A DNA stretch of 61,388 bases, the filler included. It is 8 parts of 8 records of this genome, joined end to end, with 100 filler letters (N's around TTAATTAATTAA, not from the genome) between each part and the next. Parts side by side here need not be neighbours in the genome. Positions count along the whole stretch, not along the records: positions 53,576 to 61,388 come from SRR31156797_59075; 7 more parts are not named here. One strand, 5' to 3'. This document shows positions 53,476 to 61,388 of the stretch, piece after piece. Position 1 is the stretch's first letter, and the number at the start of each line of letters is the position of its first letter. The translations under genes and the position numbers were made by a program. The notes below the pieces were generated by a model. The model saw only the letters and a list, made by a program, of their open reading frames with translations. It did no database searches and was not told where the DNA came from.

Positions 53476-53575
53476 NNNNNNNNNNNNNNNNNNNNNNNNN
53501 NNNNNNNNNNNNNNNNNNNTTAATTAATTAANNNNNNNNNNNNNNNNNNNNNNNNNNNNNNNNNNNNNNNNNNNN
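53476..53575. other. Artificial contig linker
   Basis: N44-TTAATTAATTAA-N44. Confidence 0.99.
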
Positions 53576-54274
53576 TCTCCCGGCGGTACTACGACCGCCA
53601 GCGATATTCTTTACCACGAAATTGTCTCCTTCAAGGAGCGAACAGGCAAGAAAATTGTTGTGTGCATGATGAGCCTTGCAGCTTCGGGTGGGTATTACAT
53701 CTCTCTCCCGGCCGATTTGATTGTGGCTCACCCGACAACAGTGACCGGATCTGTCGGTGTGATCCTCATGAGTCCCCAGGTTTCGGAAGTGATGGAGAAA
53801 ATTGGTGTCGGCATGCGGGTGCACAAATCAGGTGAAAACAAAGATATTGGATCGCCTTTTCGATATCCTACAAAGGAGGAGGAGCAGATTCTTCAAGGGC
53901 TTGCGGATTCATTGGGAAAGCGATTCGTGGCGTTGGTGAAAAAACATCGGAATTTGGCCGAAACGCAATTGGCGGTCGTGTCGGACGCCAGGGTTTTTCT
54001 TGCAGAAGAGGCCCTTGAAGTGGGGTTGGTGGATAAGATCGGCTACCTTTCAGATACCCTTGAGGAGACTAAAAAACTTGCTTCTCTCGATGCGGATGCC
54101 CGAGTGGTGGCCTATCGCCGAACCGTGTATCCGGATGACAACATTTACAATACCCTTAACAGCAAATCATTGAACGGGTCTAAACCGTTGGTGGACCTGG
54201 GACCTATCGCTGATTGGCTGTCTCTCGACGCAGGATTTTACTACATTTGGCCGCAGGCTTTGGGTGCCCGGTAA
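53576..54274 (+). CDS. sppA: Signal peptide peptidase SppA (S49), 5' truncated
   Basis: SPGGTTTASD, AASGGYY, TGSVGV, KSGENKD and GLVDKIG. Confidence 0.92.
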   Translation, partial: SPGGTTTASDILYHEIVSFKERTGKKIVVCMMSLAASGGYYISLPADLIVAHPTTVTGSVGVILMSPQVSEVMEKIGVGMRVHKSGENKDIGSPFRYPTKEEEQILQGLADSLGKRFVALVKKHRNLAETQLAVVSDARVFLAEEALEVGLVDKIGYLSDTLEETKKLASLDADARVVAYRRTVYPDDNIYNTLNSKSLNGSKPLVDLGPIADWLSLDAGFYYIWPQALGAR

Positions 54275-54395
54275 GGTATACCCCATCGGTGCATAAAAAA
54301 ATGCGGATGAATCATACTTGATTGCAGCGCGGGGGGGCAACTGTAAGGCATGCAGTCTCACTTGTTTTCGTGGCGATGCCTATGGGAAAATCCTC

Positions 54396-54584
54396 TTATT
54401 CGTCATCTTCCCTCTCCGGCTGGGTCGGCGTCGTCGAATGTTTCACCGTTTCATTTACCGTATGGTAAATGGATCTGAAGGCTTCCGGGAATCCCGTCGG
54501 AGAAACTCTTCCTGTTTCGATGAATTTAACGACAATTTCTTTTGCAGCTCTTAAAATCTGTTCATCCTGATTCATCTTTTTCAT
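54396..54584 (-). CDS. Small hypothetical protein
   Basis: EQILRAAKEIVVKFIETGRVSPTGF..F..IY; GAAGGT RBS upstream. Confidence 0.7.
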   Translation of the reverse strand: MKKMNQDEQILRAAKEIVVKFIETGRVSPTGFPEAFRSIYHTVNETVKHSTTPTQPEREDDE

Positions 54585-54851
54585 TGATCACTACCTTCAT
54601 CAGGTTGTTGCCATTGTGAATCCCGATTTGCCTTACCCGTCTATATCAAGGTCGGGGGAAATGGTCAAAACCGCAAGGAAAGAATGTTGTGAGGGAATTG
54701 TTTTTGTTGAAAAATTTAGCATTGTGATTTGATTTTCTTTTGGTTATTGTACTAAATCTTAACCTGGAAAAAGGATTTTCCTATATCAAACAAAACATTC
54801 GATTGTCTTCACCGTTGCAGGTGGGTCTAAACCATATCAAAGCAGGGCGTC

Positions 54852-55766
54852 ATGGACAGAAAAGAAATTGAGAGCAAGGATAAGGAACTATTAAAAGGTA
54901 TCAGAGAGATCGTCAGGCGAAATGAAGAAAAGTCGCCAAAGAAAAGATCCTTATTTCAGTCCATGAAGTTTTGGTTGCCGGTTCTTGTTGTTGTCTTGGT
55001 TATTGCCGTTACGATGACATTTAACAAACCTTCGACACCCGATAAATCGAATGAAGCCATTCAGGCTTCTTCTGAGGGTGATGATGCGAAACCTTCTGTC
55101 GGCGATGAAGAATCCGTGGATTTGAAAATTGCCTATGACAGCGAAAACCGAGAGATGGTTGAGGATTCTGTCAGGGAGAAAGAATCCGGCGGCACCGATG
55201 AGGAGGCGTCATCTGAAAAAGAGCCTCCAGTTCAAGAGGCGTCCGAAATGCCTTCAGAATCTGGTGAGAAGGCGTCTGCCTCTGCAAAAGAGATTGAACC
55301 GGTCGTAAAAGAGACAATACCTTCCACAAAGGCTCTAGTACCGTCCGAACCCATTCAAACAGGGGGCGTGGAAGAAAAGGCGACAGCGGCAGTGAGGTCT
55401 GAGCCGGCCAAAACCTCCGGCTCCGGTGGGGGGGGCCGTATCGATATTGCCAAACTTGTTTCCTGTGCCGGTGTTCAGGACAGGCAATACGTTTCTCCCC
55501 AGAGCGTCTTCTCTATGAAAAAAAATTCAAAACCAGTGGTTTGGATGACAGTGCTGACGGACAACCCTCCTTTCACCCTCACGCACGTCTATTATCACAA
55601 CGAAAAAAAATATTGCGAAGTCCCCCTTAAAGTCGAATATCCCAGAATGCGGACATGGAGTCGGCTCACCCTGCAATACCCTTATCAGGCAGGCAACTAC
55701 CGAGTGGAAGTGACTACCGATGCCGGGGAGGTGCTCGGGGAGATTGAGTATATCGTTGTGCCTTAA
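54852..55766 (+). CDS. DUF2914-like protein (TM anchor, acidic low-complexity linker, C-terminal beta domain)
   Basis: LTHVYY..PL.V..PRMRTWS..GNYRVEV..GEVLG. Confidence 0.75.
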   Translation: MDRKEIESKDKELLKGIREIVRRNEEKSPKKRSLFQSMKFWLPVLVVVLVIAVTMTFNKPSTPDKSNEAIQASSEGDDAKPSVGDEESVDLKIAYDSENREMVEDSVREKESGGTDEEASSEKEPPVQEASEMPSESGEKASASAKEIEPVVKETIPSTKALVPSEPIQTGGVEEKATAAVRSEPAKTSGSGGGGRIDIAKLVSCAGVQDRQYVSPQSVFSMKKNSKPVVWMTVLTDNPPFTLTHVYYHNEKKYCEVPLKVEYPRMRTWSRLTLQYPYQAGNYRVEVTTDAGEVLGEIEYIVVP

Positions 55767-56949
55767 TCCAATAGCCGTATTGAGGCCGTTTACCGTTGCC
55801 GTTTTGATTGCTACTACGGTTGCCGTCTGTTCGGCGGATTCCTTGCAAATTGCCCCGGCTCCCCCGAAAGATCCTGTTGTGGGTGGGGATACGGTCATTC
55901 TGGATATTTTTTTTTACAACTCCTCGGCTGAAACCGTAATCCGGGAGTTGCCATCTTCCGTTGTCTGCAACATTCGCATTGAGGATTGGATTTCAACGGT
56001 TAACGCCGAGTTGGTCGATTCGGCGGAAAATCAAATGATTGTTGTCCCCTCTGACGGATTCGTTAAGCGACAGCTGCAGGTCACCCTTCCTATCTACGCC
56101 TCAGGAATGGTTCAACTGCAATTCGATGAATTTGGAATTCTAACCTTCCCCGTGGAAACAGCACCGTCGGATCAATGGATAGGACATCAGGTCCCATTGG
56201 ATAGAGGGTCTACCATGCTTCAGTCCTTTTTGGGAAATTTTTCGGTCTACGAACCGATCTATTTTCTTTTCGGCGTCCACCCCGGTTTGGAGAAGAGTAG
56301 ATTACAATTCAGTTTTCAGTACCGTCCTTTCAATCCAGAGGGGAGCCTTTCGAAGAAAGTGCCTTGGTTGTCCGGATTTCATTTGGCCTACACCCAGCGG
56401 TCCGTTTGGGATTTGAACGATGAATCAAAGCCTTTTACGGATATCAGTTACCTGCCCGAGGTCTTCTATCTTTGGCCAAAAATTGAGTTGCATACGGATC
56501 GTATCGCCGCCTTCGGTATTCAGGCAGGGTATCAGCACTATTCCAACGGCAAGGGAGGGGACGACTCCCGGAGCACAAATTTTTTGTATGCCGAACCGAT
56601 ACTGGGCCTCTATTTGATAGGGCCTTACCATTTGATACTTGCCCCCAGATTTTTTACCTACTTTCAAAACGACGATGACACCAATCCGGATATTTCAGAT
56701 TATTTAGGGTATTGCGATTTCAAGATCAGCATTGCGGATCCGGAGGGTTTGGCGCTGGACACCCATCTGTGGTGGGCCAAAGAAGGGGCGACCGTGCAAC
56801 TGGACTTGACCTATGCGCTGACCCGATTATTGGGGAAAAACCTGAATTTTTATCTGCAGGGGCAATACTTCAACGGCTATAATGAGACATTTTTGAACTA
56901 TGACGTAAGAGAGGAGGCATTCCGGCTGGGATTTGCCCTGGTTCGGTAG
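55720..56949 (+). CDS. pldA: Outer-membrane phospholipase A1 with N-terminal extension
   Basis: YEPIYF, AYTQRSVW, SKPF.D.SY.PE, catalytic HYSNG..SRS and QYFNGYNE. Start uncertain. Confidence 0.85.
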   Translation: MPGRCSGRLSISLCLNPIAVLRPFTVAVLIATTVAVCSADSLQIAPAPPKDPVVGGDTVILDIFFYNSSAETVIRELPSSVVCNIRIEDWISTVNAELVDSAENQMIVVPSDGFVKRQLQVTLPIYASGMVQLQFDEFGILTFPVETAPSDQWIGHQVPLDRGSTMLQSFLGNFSVYEPIYFLFGVHPGLEKSRLQFSFQYRPFNPEGSLSKKVPWLSGFHLAYTQRSVWDLNDESKPFTDISYLPEVFYLWPKIELHTDRIAAFGIQAGYQHYSNGKGGDDSRSTNFLYAEPILGLYLIGPYHLILAPRFFTYFQNDDDTNPDISDYLGYCDFKISIADPEGLALDTHLWWAKEGATVQLDLTYALTRLLGKNLNFYLQGQYFNGYNETFLNYDVREEAFRLGFALVR

Positions 56950-56973
56950 AGCAATCAAGATGTTAGAACCCGC

Positions 56974-57017
56974 AAAAAAAACGGGCCGGCAGGATGGTTC
57001 GCATCCAGACGGCCCGT
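56974..57017 (-). terminator. Intrinsic terminator downstream of tatA
   Basis: ACGGGCCG...CGGCCCGT stem followed by T8 on the minus strand. Confidence 0.75.
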
Positions 57018-57049
57018 GAGCCATGCCTGAGGTCTGAACTGTTCGAAGA

Positions 57050-57232
57050 CTATGCTTTTTTATCCTCCTCCAGTTGCTCCGGCTCCTCGGATTCCGCTTT
57101 GTTGGAGGCATCCTTGAAGTTTCTGATTGCTTTTCCCATGCCACCACCGATTTCCGGCAGTTTTCCCACCCCGAAAATAATGAGAATAATAACAAGGATG
57201 ATGATTAACTCCGGCATTCCAATTCCAAACAT
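57050..57232 (-). CDS. tatA: Twin-arginine translocase TatA/E subunit
   Basis: [36 protein letters not shown]. Confidence 0.95.
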   Translation of the reverse strand: MFGIGMPELIIILVIILIIFGVGKLPEIGGGMGKAIRNFKDASNKAESEEPEQLEEDKKA

Positions 57233-57307
57233 AGTCGCCTCCTGTATCTACCGCTTTCAATCGATGGAATCCTTTCCCTTTTATTGCAAGCCAATGGGTT
57301 CGCAGGG

Positions 57308-57706
57308 TCAGGAAGGGTTCGGTTTCAGTTCTTCTAAAAGTTGTTCAAACTCTTTTGATTTCAGATAGCTGTCGACAGCACCCTGATGCTCAATCCAGGT
57401 CGACCATACCTTCAACCAGGCGTCGTTATGCCAGTAGAGGTCTTTTTTTTCCACCCCTTTTAAACGCTCGATGTAATCGATGTATTCCTCTGCGCAGCTT
57501 TCGCAAAAATGATAGGGAATTCGGTATGCTGGACGTTCCGGTCTGTTTTCCACACCGATTTGGGTACCGCATTTTTCACATTTCGAAACGCAGTGGGTAC
57601 AACGAAAAATTTTTCTGACTGCCAGCAGCTTCCGCTTACGAGCAATAACGTCTTGTTTCTCATGGGATAATTTTCGTTTTCTATCAAGGGAGATAATTTT
57701 GTCCAT
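57308..57706 (-). CDS. Hypothetical protein with three CxxC motifs (putative Zn-binding)
   Basis: CTHC, CEKC and CESC; GAGGTGG RBS. Confidence 0.7.
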   Translation of the reverse strand: MDKIISLDRKRKLSHEKQDVIARKRKLLAVRKIFRCTHCVSKCEKCGTQIGVENRPERPAYRIPYHFCESCAEEYIDYIERLKGVEKKDLYWHNDAWLKVWSTWIEHQGAVDSYLKSKEFEQLLEELKPNPS

Positions 57707-57945
57707 GGCATGTCCACCTCGTCTATGAAAGTAAGGCTTTTCCCCCCAGCACCCCGTTTAAATTGACACTGCTCGCGTTTCAAGGGCTTATCAACGCCCC
57801 ATTGATCGTCCAAACAATATCATCGTGCCGAATAGGTGTCAATCCGGTGCCTTAAAATTAAGAGAGCACCTTTTAAATCAATACTTGTTTCGGTTATTTC
57901 TCCATGTTAAAATTCCTCTTTTGTCCCAATGAAATGAGGAAAAAG

Positions 57946-59013
57946 ATGACCCAACGATTCACACCCGATTGCCTGCCAATGCTGATCGGAAGCCTTCCCC
58001 TGGACAATCATCCGGAAGCTTCCAAACTTGTCATGCGCCATACACCGGAAATACCGTTATGGGTGCAGCTTCCGGTTTTTCCGGAAGAGGGTATGATTGA
58101 GCAATTTCTACCGGGGATGCCCTCCGTTACCCGACAAAATGGGAAAACATTTATTCAGACCGATACAAAAGGCTACGATGAAGAACTGCTTGCGTTCTTT
58201 GAAGCTTACATGACCGTTAGCGAGGAGCCGGAAAGCCTGAAAAACTCCCGATTCGTTTTTACACAGGAAACCGGGAAAGGGATGGCCTCTTTTCTGGAAA
58301 CCCTGGGGGGGGTGGATAGCCCGCCAATGGCGGTGAAGGGTCAGGTCTCGGGCCCCATTACCTTTTGCACCGGCGTCAAGGATCAGAACGGTCGAGCTAT
58401 TTTTTACGATGACAGCCTCCGCGATGCAGCGGTAAAACTTCTGTCCCTCAATGCCAGATGGCAGATTCAAACCTTATCCGGGCCACAATGCCCGGTCATC
58501 ATCTTTATCGATGAACCAGCGCTGGCAGGATTCGGATCTTCCGAAATGATCAGCGTATCCAAAGAAGAAATTCTGGCCTGCCTCAGTGAGGTGGTCGATG
58601 CCATTCACGCCGAAGGGGGGCTTGCTGGTATCCACGTTTGCGCCAATACGGACTGGTCACTTGTTCTGGAATCCGGGGCAGACATCGTCAATTTCGATGC
58701 ATACGCCTATTTCGACAAATTCATCCTCTATGATCGTCAAATCAAAGATTTTTTGGCCGCCGGCTGTTTTCTCGCTTGGGGGATCGTGCCCACCTTGGAG
58801 CCCGAGGCCATAGAAAAAGAGTCGGTCGATTCGCTTTACGACAAATTATCGAACTATTTCAAAAAACTTGAATCGCTGGGCGTCAATGCGGAAACCATTT
58901 ACAAACAATCGTTTATTACACCAAGCTGCGGTATGGGCTCTTTGTCCTTGCCTCTGGCGCAACGGGTGCTTACGTTGACGCGGGGTCTGTCCGATAAAAT
59001 TCGTTCGTCCTGA
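57946..59013 (+). CDS. Core (MetE C-terminal-like) methionine synthase, MesB-like
   Basis: IGSLP, KGQVSGP, FIDEP, Zn ligands IHVC / NFDAY / ITPSCG, and LAWGIVPT. Confidence 0.72.
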   Translation: MTQRFTPDCLPMLIGSLPLDNHPEASKLVMRHTPEIPLWVQLPVFPEEGMIEQFLPGMPSVTRQNGKTFIQTDTKGYDEELLAFFEAYMTVSEEPESLKNSRFVFTQETGKGMASFLETLGGVDSPPMAVKGQVSGPITFCTGVKDQNGRAIFYDDSLRDAAVKLLSLNARWQIQTLSGPQCPVIIFIDEPALAGFGSSEMISVSKEEILACLSEVVDAIHAEGGLAGIHVCANTDWSLVLESGADIVNFDAYAYFDKFILYDRQIKDFLAAGCFLAWGIVPTLEPEAIEKESVDSLYDKLSNYFKKLESLGVNAETIYKQSFITPSCGMGSLSLPLAQRVLTLTRGLSDKIRSS

Positions 59014-59116
59014 ATCGTGAAGCAGGGATTAATCGGGATTGTGCTCAATCGAACCTGCAGCAGGTGATGATTGTACCCTCTTCTCTGTGCTATTGAAAAC
59101 CGCAACCATATGAAAG

Positions 59117-59977
59117 GTGGACAAGTTGATGAAGCCATCTGATGTCACTTTTTCCGGGGCAACCCGTTACGTTCTAGACGAGGAGCTTGCACAAATCGTC
59201 AATATCTCCATGGCGCTGGAAATGCCGTTGCTGCTCAAAGGGGAGCCCGGAACGGGAAAAACCATGTTAGCCCATGCCATTGCAGAGAATCTGAATATGC
59301 CGCTGATCGTTCTCAACGTCAAATCGAGCATGAAGTTGGTGGAGGGATTGTACCAGTACGATACGCTGACACGCCTGAATGACAGCCGGTTCGGGGATAG
59401 CCAGAGAGATGTGAGTGATATCGAAGAGTATATCAAGATGGGAAAAATCGGCCAGGCATTCATCGCCGAAAAAAGAACCGTATTGCTGATCGATGAAATC
59501 GACAAAGCAGATACTGATTTTCAGGATGATATGCTGGATGTGCTGGATCAGATGGAATTTGACATCATCGAAATCGACAAAACCATACCGGCCCATCACA
59601 GGCCCGTTATCATTATTACCTCCAATGCAAAAAAAGACCTCTCCGACCCCTTTCTGGGGCGGTGTAACTTTCACCACATCGCCTTTCCGGATCCAAAAAT
59701 GATGCGTAAGATCATTGATGTGCATTTTCCGACCATTCACGATGATCTCGCCCAGAATGCCATAGAAGCCTTTTATCGCATGAGGGGGCTTGAATCTATT
59801 GAGAAACGGCCCGCCACCCGAGAACTGATCAACTGGATTCGTGCCCTCGATGCCGATCCGGATTTCAAACCCAAGCGGCTGGCAAAAGGAGATCTCCCTT
59901 TCCTGGGTGTTCTTTTTAAAAAGAGCGGCGACTATGAACGTGCAAGTACCTTTGTCAACCGAAGAAAGCTTTTTTAA
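59117..59977 (+). CDS. MoxR-family AAA+ ATPase (CoxD-like)
   Basis: GEPGTGKT, LYQYD, LLIDEIDKAD and IITSN. Confidence 0.92.
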   Translation: MDKLMKPSDVTFSGATRYVLDEELAQIVNISMALEMPLLLKGEPGTGKTMLAHAIAENLNMPLIVLNVKSSMKLVEGLYQYDTLTRLNDSRFGDSQRDVSDIEEYIKMGKIGQAFIAEKRTVLLIDEIDKADTDFQDDMLDVLDQMEFDIIEIDKTIPAHHRPVIIITSNAKKDLSDPFLGRCNFHHIAFPDPKMMRKIIDVHFPTIHDDLAQNAIEAFYRMRGLESIEKRPATRELINWIRALDADPDFKPKRLAKGDLPFLGVLFKKSGDYERASTFVNRRKLF

Positions 59978-59979
59978 TC

Positions 59980-61170
59980 ATGTTTCTGGCTTTCTTTTAT
60001 AAGCTAAAAGAGGTTGGTGTTCCCGTCAGCCCAACCGCCTTTCTGACCTTGCACCGGGCGCTGGCCAGTCGACTCATTGCCACATTGGACGAGTTTTATA
60101 CCGCATCACGGTCGATTCTGGTAAAAAGCGAGCGTTATTTCGATCTGTTCGACCAGGTGTTTGCCCACCATTTTCAGGGGGCGGATCTGCCGGATGTGGA
60201 AGGGTTGGAGATCGACGAAATCGCCCGTGCCATGCTGGAGCAGTGGCTGAAGGATCCGAAAGCCATGGCAGATGCCCTGGGAATGGACGAATCGCAGCTC
60301 AACCAAATGACGCCGGAAGAGCTGATCGAGTACTTTAAAGAAAGGCTCAAAGATCAGGATGGTCGTCATGATGGCGGAAGCAAATGGATCGGCACCGGTG
60401 GCACCTCACCGGTAGGCCACTCCGGCCATCACCCCGGGGGCATGCGGGTCGGCGGTGTCTCACGAAACAAGTCAGCCGTTAAAGTGGCCATGGAGAGGCG
60501 CTACAAGGATTACTCTCTCTCCGGCCCGCTTACCCAGGCCATGGTGGGGGAGGCCCTAAAGCGTCTGCGAAACATGGTGCCGACCGGCCCCAAAGATCAG
60601 GTGAACATCGACGAGAGCATCTATCGGACCATGAAAAACGGCGGGGAGATTGAGATCGCCTTTGATCGCCGGTTAAAGGATCGGCTGAAAATCATTCTTG
60701 CCATCGACAACGGCGGCTGGTCCATGGATCCCTATGTGGCCGTTGTTCAGACGCTCTTCGACTATGCCAGCGCCCAATTCAAGGAGGTGAAAACCTTCTT
60801 TTTCCACAACACGATCTACGACTCCCTTTGGAAAGATGCCGCCCGCTACCGTCAACCGGTCACCCTGACCGAAATGTCGCGAATGGATCCGGAAACCAGA
60901 GTGATCATTGTGGGCGATGCCAGCATGGCGCCCTACGAACTCATGTCCCAGGACGGCTCCATTTATGTCCAGGAGCGCAGCGGAAAACCGAGTATCGAAT
61001 GCCTGCAAACGATCGCCAACACCTTTCATCACAGCGTCTGGCTTAACCCGGTCTCAGCCCCCATGTGGGGATACACCCGCACCATACAGATGATCCGTCA
61101 GATATTTCCCATGTTTGAGTTGTCCATTGATGGGTTGGAGAAGGCTGTGCAGCACCTCATGGCTGCCTGA
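59980..61170 (+). CDS. VWA-domain protein partnering the MoxR ATPase
   Basis: GGSKWIGTGGTSP, MIDAS-like IDNGGWSMD, FFHN, VGDASMAPYEL and WLNP. Confidence 0.85.
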   Translation: MFLAFFYKLKEVGVPVSPTAFLTLHRALASRLIATLDEFYTASRSILVKSERYFDLFDQVFAHHFQGADLPDVEGLEIDEIARAMLEQWLKDPKAMADALGMDESQLNQMTPEELIEYFKERLKDQDGRHDGGSKWIGTGGTSPVGHSGHHPGGMRVGGVSRNKSAVKVAMERRYKDYSLSGPLTQAMVGEALKRLRNMVPTGPKDQVNIDESIYRTMKNGGEIEIAFDRRLKDRLKIILAIDNGGWSMDPYVAVVQTLFDYASAQFKEVKTFFFHNTIYDSLWKDAARYRQPVTLTEMSRMDPETRVIIVGDASMAPYELMSQDGSIYVQERSGKPSIECLQTIANTFHHSVWLNPVSAPMWGYTRTIQMIRQIFPMFELSIDGLEKAVQHLMAA

Positions 61171-61388
61171 CATGCCATTGCGCATGGGGATCTGGTCGGT
61201 GCATTTCTGTTTATGGCGTTACGTTTCCACGATATCGCATCTGCTTTGCCTTCGGGTACTTGGGTGCATACTGTCGTAAGTCTGCATACCCGGAACCTAT
61301 CACCTGCGGCACCCTGCCAACGCATGCTGACAAATGATATCAATAAGTACAGACTTTCAATTAGAGGCTATCTCAAAAATAGGATTCC

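Noticed and set aside
7628..53575. Seven copies of TTAATTAATTAA flanked by N-runs
   Set aside because: Identical 100-nt artificial spacers with stops in all six frames that join contigs. They are not a biological repeat or CRISPR array.
61362..61388. GAGGCTATCTCAAAAA at the window end resembling an IS terminal inverted repeat
   Set aside because: Only about 25 nt are visible, with no transposase or partner repeat; insufficient evidence.

Overview
This window is not one genomic locus. It is a concatenation of eight unrelated contigs joined by seven artificial 100-nt linkers (N44-TTAATTAATTAA-N44), so gene neighbourhoods are only meaningful within a contig. Taxonomic hints below are inferred from gene content and base composition. 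(1) 1-7627, very AT-rich bacterium: a polyol/pentose catabolic operon (SDR, FGGY kinase, transaldolase/FSA) divergent from a solute-binding protein + YesN/YesM-type sensor trio. (2) 7728-13344, Desulfobacterota-like: an unusual SAM-methyltransferase-like ORF, a Dpp/Opp ABC transporter lacking its binding protein, and a Nudix remnant. (3) 13445-20006, Desulfobacterota-like accessory DNA: a TIGR04076-like protein, a secreted 13-TPR + CHAT protease, a DUF2330-like protein and small repeats. (4) 20107-26680, GC-rich (Planctomycetota-like): uvrA, an OYE-[4Fe-4S]-GltD fusion oxidoreductase, an SDR, a KDPG-aldolase-like protein and a BNR-4 protein. (5) 26781-40667, alphaproteobacterial: hslV, the his operon, HIT, LysE and a two-component signalling cluster. 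(6) 40768-47922, Methanosarcinaceae-like archaeon: mcrDCGA followed by a SPASM radical SAM enzyme and a hydantoinase/oxoprolinase-family gene. (7) 48023-53475, Bacteroidota: decayed secreted-protein genes, a broken MalT-type regulator, birA, rsfS and ftsH. (8) 53576-61388, Desulfobacterales-like: sppA, DUF2914, pldA, tatA, a core methionine synthase, and MoxR + VWA. The best candidates for undescribed biology are the radical SAM directly behind mcrA, the OYE-GltD fusion operon, and the secreted TPR-CHAT protease with a C-terminal CFI tail. I found no rRNA, tRNA or CRISPR array.
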